Shown piece after piece: positions 45,335-51,655 of a stretch of DNA of 64,000 bases. Made by a program: the position numbers and the translations under genes. Position 1 is the stretch's first letter, and each line of letters opens with the position of its first letter. Source of the stretch: an uncultured Staphylococcaceae bacterium (GTDB lineage Bacteria > Bacillota_I > Bacilli_A > RFN20 > CAG-826); assembly GCA_964386745.1 (NCBI GenBank), contig CAYLSZ010000002.1, positions 1,717 to 65,716 of the forward strand. Direction: 5' to 3'. Under the pieces are notes generated by a model. It searched no databases. It saw only the letters and a list, made by a program, of their open reading frames with translations, and was not told the origin of the DNA.

Positions 45335-45514
45335 TTTCTCGACATATTGAGTATCGCAAAAAATATTAATATATCTACTTTTCCTCCTGTATTGATTAAA
45401 TTATAAAGTACAACAAATAATTGAAAAGGAAAAATATATTTTGCTAATTGTTTTTAAGCTAGCAAAAGATCTTATAACATCAATATAGTCGTCAATAGTT
45501 CACTTAATAGCATA

Positions 45515-45563
45515 TAAAATCCGCTGAATTTCAGAAAAAACCCTGCAGATCTCAATTATTTTT
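45515..45563 (+). repeat. CTGCAG-core dispersed repeat, full-length copy
   Basis: TAAAATCCGCTGAATTTCAGAAAAAACCCTGCAGATCTCAATTATTTTT. Confidence 0.85.
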
Positions 45564-45666
45564 ATAAAAAAACGAAACTTTTAAAACTCAAAGTTCCTCT
45601 ATTTATATGGAAGTTTTTATTAAGTTCAATAATGAATTGGAACTAATATAAATTAGAAGATTACTC

Positions 45667-46380
45667 TTAATCGTTCGTATTTACATTGTCTTCTTCGAAT
45701 GGTTTGTCGCTAGTCGAATTTGGATCAAACTCGTTTACATCTATATCATCTACGATTGGCTCTTCTTTATTGATTTCTCCTTTTGCTTTATTTTCTTTTA
45801 AAGCTTCTAACACATTTATTCGGATACACTTTATATACATTATGTCTAGGAAAAACACATACAAACACAACAGCGGTATAAAAACAAATAAATAATAACC
45901 ACTCCAAATACGGACCTCAAACCCATTGTCTAAAATAGAAAAAGTCGTATTAAAATAAGCGGAAACGCACGTTCCTATTGCTAGTACATAATTAATTATG
46001 TGTATCCCCCAAAAATAGCTACTTTTTTTAAAAACATTATATCTTTTCATTATGAAATAATGTCTTATCAATAAATATATCGAGGCCACAAAAAGGATAA
46101 TTTGCACGCAAAACATATATATCGTAAAGCTATGTTCAAAGCCATAACCACTAAAAGTGGCAATAAGTCCAGGCGCATGCGCAAAGGCTAGCATAAATAA
46201 TATTCTCCAAAAACAATTGCATATCTTCTTAGGTTTTTCGATCTTAGCAACGTTTTCTTCATTGATTATTTTTGTATAAAATGGCTCTTTTTTAATAGTC
46301 TGTTTGCTCACAAACCCGTCTCCAATCAAGTATGCTATAAACTTCCCGACCAATACGGAATCCTTTTTGCTTATAGCCAC
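45667..46380 (-). CDS. 4-TM membrane protein, cassette family member P4
   Basis: Paralogue. The first 23 codons of the track ORF read the partner stub out of frame. A GTG at 46311 gives (M)SKQTIKKEPFYTKI, which matches the paralogue N-termini. Confidence 0.65.
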   Translation of the reverse strand: MAISKKDSVLVGKFIAYLIGDGFVSKQTIKKEPFYTKIINEENVAKIEKPKKICNCFWRILFMLAFAHAPGLIATFSGYGFEHSFTIYMFCVQIILFVASIYLLIRHYFIMKRYNVFKKSSYFWGIHIINYVLAIGTCVSAYFNTTFSILDNGFEVRIWSGYYLFVFIPLLCLYVFFLDIMYIKCIRINVLEALKENKAKGEINKEEPIVDDIDVNEFDPNSTSDKPFEEDNVNTND

Positions 46381-46479
46381 AATATATCATATATCCGATA
46401 AAGGCTAATCCAAGAATAATAGCGCATGGCCACCAGAAATACACGTGGATACTATTACTAAAATTGAGGTGAAATTCAT
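46292..46479 (-). pseudogene. internally deleted, frameshifted P0-type partner gene
   Basis: GGAGG RBS plus ATG 46479 gives MNFTSILVIVSTCISGG (compare P0 MGMFSFFVVVVTSISGG), then a stop. The next frame gives WWPCAIILGLAFIGYMIYCGYKQKGFRIGREVYSILDWRRVCEQTDY (compare the P0 C-terminus). Confidence 0.6.
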
Positions 46480-46645
46480 AAATATCCTCCTTTGTATTTT
46501 GCTTTATTATAAAGTAAGAAGAAAAATTTAAAACAATTTTATAAAAACCCTAATTTTCAAAGCATCTATCAACATAATTTTTATAATCACTAGTAAAATA
46601 AATATAGATGATTCACATAATAAATCATCGCTATTGGAGGAATAT

Positions 46646-47434
46646 ATGAACGTTGATTTAAAAGGCCAAACCGCTGTTGTCGTAGGTGCTGGTCGCGGAA
46701 TTGGTGAAGCTATTGTTACTGAAATCGCTAAAGCCGGTGCAATAGTTTACGTTGCAGATATTTTACTTGATAACGCTAAAGAAGTTATCGCTAAACTCGA
46801 AAAAGATAACCTCAAAGGTGTCGCCGTTAAATGCGATGTTAGTAATTTAAAAGAAGTCGATGAAGTCTTAGCTAAAGCCGAAAAAGAAACCGGTCGCTTA
46901 GATATCGTCGTAAATAGTGCTGGTATAGTCACTTTGAATTCCTTCTTAGATACTACCCAAGAAGAAATCGAAAGTTTATATAAAGTCAATTTATTAGGTA
47001 CAAGTCACGTCCTTCAATGCGCAATTAAACGTATGCAAAAATATAATCATGGAAAGATTGTTTGTATCTCTTCATTTGCTGGTCGCCACGCCTTAAAAGA
47101 AGGCTTCAGTTATTATGGAATGACTAAAGCTGCCGTTAACTATTTGACTCAAGCCGCTGCTTATACAGGCGCCGATTATAATATTAATGTTAACGCTATC
47201 TGCCCTGGTATAATTCGTACCAAAATGTGGGAAAAGATCTTAGATAATTATGTCGAACATGGCCAAGATAGAGAAGAATCTTGGAAAGAAAGTTTGAAAC
47301 ACTTCATTCCACTAGCTAGAGGTGATCAAAAAGTCGAAGATATCGCTTACGCTGTCTTATTCTTATGTTCTGAATACGCTGATCACATCACAGGCCAAGC
47401 CTTAAATGTCGATGGCGGCGCTTCGATGGATTAA
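46646..47434 (+). CDS. SDR family oxidoreductase
   Basis: Start at MNVDLKG (GGAGG upstream). GAGRGIG, NSAG and YxxxK (YGMTKAA) motifs. Confidence 0.85.
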   Translation: MNVDLKGQTAVVVGAGRGIGEAIVTEIAKAGAIVYVADILLDNAKEVIAKLEKDNLKGVAVKCDVSNLKEVDEVLAKAEKETGRLDIVVNSAGIVTLNSFLDTTQEEIESLYKVNLLGTSHVLQCAIKRMQKYNHGKIVCISSFAGRHALKEGFSYYGMTKAAVNYLTQAAAYTGADYNINVNAICPGIIRTKMWEKILDNYVEHGQDREESWKESLKHFIPLARGDQKVEDIAYAVLFLCSEYADHITGQALNVDGGASMD

Positions 47435-47462
47435 GAATTAGGTAATATATTTAACTAAAAAA

Positions 47463-47516
47463 ACGCTTAATTTAAGAAAAAACCCTGCAGATCGCCACTA
47501 TTTTTTGTAAAACACG
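47463..47516 (+). repeat. CTGCAG-core dispersed repeat copy with the GTAAAACAC flank
   Basis: ACGCTTAATTTAAGAAAAAACCCTGCAGATCGCCACTATTTTTTGTAAAACAC. Confidence 0.8.
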
Positions 47517-47522
47517 AACTTT

Positions 47523-47553
47523 ATAAATAGCGATAGATCAACCGCAGGGTTTT
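47523..47553 (-). repeat. degenerate inverted partner of the preceding copy
   Basis: The reverse complement AAAACCCTGCGGTTGATCTATCGCTATTTAT pairs with the 47463-47516 copy to give a long imperfect hairpin between convergent genes. Confidence 0.5.
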
Positions 47554-47571
47554 AATATTATTTAAATTATC

Positions 47572-48876
47572 TTAAATATCTTCCTTTAAACAGAACACGG
47601 CATATAAAGGAACTGACTTAATATTATTTTCAAAACCAAAGTTTTTACTTGAGACTCTTATTGAATATTTAGGCGAATACTTATTGGCAAATACAGACAA
47701 ACTTTTCGCTTTAACATTATCAGCATACTTACATTCAATAGGAACAACTTCATCATCAAGTTGAATAACAAAGTCTACTTCTGCGCTATTTCTCGATTCC
47801 CAATAATATGGATAGATTCCTATTGAAACTAATTGTTGCATTATATAGTTTTCAGCTAAAGTGCCTTTAGCATCACTAGATAAATTGTTAGTTAAAATAT
47901 TTTTTACACTAATATTTAAACTATCCGTAAGTAAACCAACATCGTTCATATACATTTTAAAAGACAAAAAATCTTCATGTATCTTTAAAGGTAATGTTCC
48001 TTCGGTAACCTTGTTACATTTATAAACGACGCCGGCCGTTTTAAGCCATTCAATAGCGTCATCATAGGTTCTAGCTCTTGCACCACTTCCAATAAGACTA
48101 TATAAAAATTTCTTATTTTCTTTTGCTAGCTGTGAAGGGATAGTATTATACGCAGCAATAATTCGATCGCTTTCTTTTAAGTCGACATATTTAGTCATAT
48201 CGCCACGATAACTACTTAAAATTTCATCTTGTATGATTTTTACATAACCATAATCTTTATTATTAATGAAAGATTGGACTGCCGAAGGCATGCCACCGAC
48301 AATTAAATATTTATAATAGTACTCTAAAATCGTGTTATGAACGACACTTGGTAAAACACTAACACTTCTATATGCTTCTTTAATTTTAACGATAAGTTCA
48401 TATTGGTCCATAGCCATTAAAAATTCTTCAAAGTTTAATGGATACATAGTCACCATATTTACTTTTCCTACAGGGAATGAATAATGTCCTCTATTTACCG
48501 CTAAACCAAGTAAACTTCCGGCAGCTATTATATGGACGTCACGACGCTCCTCACAAAAATATTTAAGCGAAGTTAAAGCCTTCTCGCATTCTTGTATTTC
48601 ATCAAATACGATAAGCGTTTTATCTTTTAAAACTTTTTGATTAGTAACACTTTCGATTTCGTCTATGATTCTATTAGGAACTAAGTCAGGGTCAAAAATC
48701 GCTTTCAAACCAGCGTTACCTTCAAAATTAAGATAGATAACGTTATCATAATTTGCTAATCCAAATTCATATATAGAGTAAGTTTTACCAACTTGTCTAG
48801 CTCCATATACCAACAAAGGCTTTCTTTCAGGATCATTTTTCCACTTTAGTAAATAGTTTCCAATTAGTCTCTTCAT
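47572..48876 (-). CDS. AAA+ ATPase (AAA_14) with a DUF4143 / PD-(D/E)xK-like C-terminal domain
   Basis: Walker A GARQVGKTY, Walker B LIVFDEIQ. C-terminal EVDFV...PIECK nuclease-like motif. Start chosen at MKRLIGNY; the track ORF begins at a TTG at 48912. Confidence 0.75.
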   Translation of the reverse strand: MKRLIGNYLLKWKNDPERKPLLVYGARQVGKTYSIYEFGLANYDNVIYLNFEGNAGLKAIFDPDLVPNRIIDEIESVTNQKVLKDKTLIVFDEIQECEKALTSLKYFCEERRDVHIIAAGSLLGLAVNRGHYSFPVGKVNMVTMYPLNFEEFLMAMDQYELIVKIKEAYRSVSVLPSVVHNTILEYYYKYLIVGGMPSAVQSFINNKDYGYVKIIQDEILSSYRGDMTKYVDLKESDRIIAAYNTIPSQLAKENKKFLYSLIGSGARARTYDDAIEWLKTAGVVYKCNKVTEGTLPLKIHEDFLSFKMYMNDVGLLTDSLNISVKNILTNNLSSDAKGTLAENYIMQQLVSIGIYPYYWESRNSAEVDFVIQLDDEVVPIECKYADNVKAKSLSVFANKYSPKYSIRVSSKNFGFENNIKSVPLYAVFCLKEDI

Positions 48877-48914
48877 ATTGAATAATTTACTAGAAAAAGA
48901 GAGGAAAATCAATA

Positions 48915-48948
48915 TTTTGCCATTTTTTCATATGAATAATTGGCAAAA
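48915..48948 (-). promoter_or_regulatory. leader hairpin TTTTGCCA-N18-TGGCAAAA followed by a T-rich tract, about 40 nt upstream of the 47572-48876 gene
   Basis: Read directly from the sequence. The leader is homologous to that of the divergent paralogue. Confidence 0.4.
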
Positions 48949-49311
48949 ATTCAGTTTTTATACCCAATTTATTAATGAAACATTAAAAAAAGGTTTATGC
49001 TCATGTAACGTTATAAATAGTTCCTCAAGGTAATAAATAATCGAAAACAACAACACAAAATTTACTATAAAACGCGTTAAATGGCCTTTTAAAAAAATGT
49101 AGTAACAATCGGAACTTTTTAAGCAAAATCCGCAACATTTCGGGATCAAAACCAGCAACATTTCGATTTACCGGTTTTACCTACCACCCACAAACGATTA
49201 AAACCTACATTTTGAACGCCTTTTTCATTATTAATAGTTTCCGTTCCGAGTGTTTTCACTTTTTTAATCCGCAAGATTTGCACTTTTCATTCCGAAGGAT
49301 TTTAAACAAAA

Positions 49312-49366
49312 CGGGGCAAAATGCCCCGAAAATCTCAAGCAAAACGGGGCATTTTGTTGCCTTTTT
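49312..49366 (+). promoter_or_regulatory. three-arm alternative hairpin (CGGGGCA / TGCCCCG / CGGGGCA) plus U-tract, in the leader of the 49407-50756 gene
   Basis: Arm 1 is 49312-49318, arm 2 is 49322-49328 and arm 3 is 49345-49351, followed by TTTTGTTGCCTTTTT. The 2:3 pairing extends to 11 bp (AAAATGCCCCG/CGGGGCATTTT). Confidence 0.45.
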
Positions 49367-49406
49367 CTCTAATTTACTTTATTATAAAAGCAATGGAGGA
49401 ATAGTA

Positions 49407-50756
49407 ATGCACCGTTTTTGCGAAAATAATATTGTTGATTGGTTAAATAATAGTAAAGGCGCGCTATTAGTTAGTGGCGCTAGGCAAGTAGGAAAGACCT
49501 ATATCATTCGTAATGTTTTACAAGAGCACAATATTCATTATTTAGAAATCAATTTCTTTGATCGTCCTGACATTCTTCAAACTCTTAAAAATATTACTGA
49601 CATCAACGATTTTGTTGACCGTTTGCGTTTGTATTCTTCTACTCCTTTAATTGAAAAAGAGAGCGTAATTTTCTTTGACGAGATACAAGAATTTCCTGAG
49701 ATCATTACTAAGATAAAATTCCTTGTAGATAATGGCACATTTAGATATATCCTTAGCGGTTCTTTATTAGGGTTAGAAATTAAAAATATACGCTCAATAC
49801 CTGTTGGATATTATCAAGAACTCAAAATGTATCCGATGAGCTTCTTGGAATTTTGTAAAGCTCAAAATATTAATAAGAAAGTATTCGCGCATTTAGAGGA
49901 TTGTTATAACAACAAACAACCCGTCGATAAAATTATCCACGAAAAGATGCTTAACTTGTTCACTCAATATTTAGTTGTTGGCGGTATGCCTAGAGTTGTT
50001 CAAACTTTCTTAGATACCTCAAATCTCGTCAAAGTCGACGAGGAAGCTAGAAACATTATCTACCAATATAAAGCTGACTTTTCTAAATATGAAAGCGACG
50101 ATAAAAAACTAAGACTATTAGCTATTTATGACAACATACCTTTACAACTCAATAAACAAAATCTTCGTTTCCAATTCACATACTTAAATAAAGAATTGAA
50201 ATTTAATCGCTACGAAAATTCATTTTTATGGCTAACTGATGCCGGAGTCGTTTATCCTTGCTATATCGCTAACGAGATTAAAACTCCTTTAATCATTTCA
50301 AAGGAAAAGAATACCTTTAAACTATTTATGAATGATGTTGGATTATTATTAAGTACATTCCCATTTTCTGTACGCCAAGGATTTATCGATTTTTCACAAC
50401 AATATCTTAATGTAAATCTTGGCGCTATATATGAAAATTGCGTCATGCAAGAATTAGTCGCTAATTCCTTAACACCTTACTACTATAAAAGCAAACGAAT
50501 AGGTGAAATTGATTTTGTTTTAGAGATTGATGGCAAGATGTTAGCTCTTGAAGTTAAATCTGGTCACGATATTAAAAATCACAAATCGTTAGATAAACTT
50601 CAAAAACAAACTGAATATAAAATCGATCAATATATTGTTCTTTCAAAAGAAAACCTTTTTGAAAAAGATAACATCCTATATCTTCCTATCTATATGTGTG
50701 AGTTTATTAAGGAAACAAAACCCGAAAGTGTTATAATTCCTAAGGTTGAAATATAA
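49407..50756 (+). CDS. AAA+ ATPase (AAA_14) with a DUF4143 / PD-(D/E)xK-like C-terminal domain
   Basis: Start at MHRFCENN (GGAGGAATAGTA-ATG). GARQVGKTY, VIFFDEIQ. C-terminal EIDFV...ALEVK. Confidence 0.8.
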   Translation: MHRFCENNIVDWLNNSKGALLVSGARQVGKTYIIRNVLQEHNIHYLEINFFDRPDILQTLKNITDINDFVDRLRLYSSTPLIEKESVIFFDEIQEFPEIITKIKFLVDNGTFRYILSGSLLGLEIKNIRSIPVGYYQELKMYPMSFLEFCKAQNINKKVFAHLEDCYNNKQPVDKIIHEKMLNLFTQYLVVGGMPRVVQTFLDTSNLVKVDEEARNIIYQYKADFSKYESDDKKLRLLAIYDNIPLQLNKQNLRFQFTYLNKELKFNRYENSFLWLTDAGVVYPCYIANEIKTPLIISKEKNTFKLFMNDVGLLLSTFPFSVRQGFIDFSQQYLNVNLGAIYENCVMQELVANSLTPYYYKSKRIGEIDFVLEIDGKMLALEVKSGHDIKNHKSLDKLQKQTEYKIDQYIVLSKENLFEKDNILYLPIYMCEFIKETKPESVIIPKVEI

Positions 50757-50779
50757 AAAAACTCTTTAAAATTTTACTT

Positions 50780-51550
50780 ATGAAAAAGACATCGAAATTA
50801 ATATTAACTTTATTAACAACTGCTGCTATCACTTCCTTATCTAGCTGCGATCTATTTAATCAAGACTATGAAACTAGAATCTCAGGTGATTTTTTATATA
50901 AATATATAAAAAGTTCTGATGCTAAAATAACTTATGAAGATGGTGATTACGTCGCTATTTATGAATTATCTACCGAAGGACTAACTAAAGATACACTAAT
51001 AGTTCCTGATGAAATAGATAATAAACCAGTCATTAAAATAGGTTTACCAGGTAGCGAATCGACTCGTAATATTTTTACTGGTAGCCCTAGCTTCACTTCT
51101 TTATATTTACCTAAATCATTAGAAGTAATGGGTTGTCATTCTTTATGTACTAATAAAAAGTTGTTCATAATAGAGTCAGATAATTACTACATTCATGGCA
51201 ATAAACAACACGGAGCAAATTTATATCTACCTGAAAACCTATATAACGAATATATAAATTATTATGATGAAGAAGACTTAGGACTTACTTCTTTACATAT
51301 CGCTAATTTAGAGTTTATTAGTGAAGGCGAAGTCTATTTTATAGGAGACTATGAAGAAGGTGATTTGATAAGTTATGTACCTGATGCTCCTAATAAAGAA
51401 GGCGATTATAACTTTGTTGGATGGTATAAAGAGGAAGAATGTATTAACGAATGGGATTTTACTAACGATACATTTTCTCTTAATGAAGGCGAAACTAAAA
51501 TGAGGCTTTACGCCAAGTTTGTAGAAATAGATCCTACGTTTTCTTACTAA
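50780..51550 (+). CDS. lipoprotein with a C-terminal Listeria-Bacteroides (Flg_new/InlB B-repeat-like) repeat
   Basis: Lipobox SLSSC. C-terminal YNFVGWYKEEECINEWDF...RLYAKF. Confidence 0.65.
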   Translation: MKKTSKLILTLLTTAAITSLSSCDLFNQDYETRISGDFLYKYIKSSDAKITYEDGDYVAIYELSTEGLTKDTLIVPDEIDNKPVIKIGLPGSESTRNIFTGSPSFTSLYLPKSLEVMGCHSLCTNKKLFIIESDNYYIHGNKQHGANLYLPENLYNEYINYYDEEDLGLTSLHIANLEFISEGEVYFIGDYEEGDLISYVPDAPNKEGDYNFVGWYKEEECINEWDFTNDTFSLNEGETKMRLYAKFVEIDPTFSY

Positions 51551-51579
51551 AAACCCTGCAGATCTCCACTAAAATTTTT
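51549..51579 (+). repeat. CTGCAG-core dispersed repeat, short copy
   Basis: AAAAACCCTGCAGATCTCCACTAAAATTTTT, starting inside the stop codon of the lipoprotein gene. Confidence 0.8.
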
Positions 51580-51600
51580 AAAAACGATAATTTAATAACA

Positions 51601-51632
51601 AAAAATGGATAGACGCTCGTCTATCCATTTTC
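51601..51632. terminator. bidirectional terminator
   Basis: AAAAATGGATAGACG-CT-CGTCTATCCATTTT between convergent genes. Confidence 0.8.
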
Positions 51633-51655
51633 GTTAAGTCTATAGGAAGATAAAC

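Noticed and set aside
46292-46479. Programmed ribosomal frameshift joining the two halves of the partner-gene remnant
   Set aside because: There is no slippery heptamer or downstream stimulatory structure. Two other cassette units show independent decay, so a pseudogene is the economical reading.
48958-49161. 67-aa minus-strand ORF in the spacer between the DUF4143 genes
   Set aside because: It has no RBS and an odd Cys/Phe/Leu-rich composition. The region is better explained as structured leader and promoter DNA.
49212-49406. 65-codon N-terminal extension of the second DUF4143 ORF in the track
   Set aside because: The extension reads through the hairpin arms. A strong GGAGG RBS precedes the internal ATG at 49407, and the paralogue begins at the equivalent residue. 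Similar upstream extensions were trimmed at 3505, 5958, 6841, 7911, 10997, 14841, 21141, 22847, 23861, 24359, 34803, 37494 and 46634.
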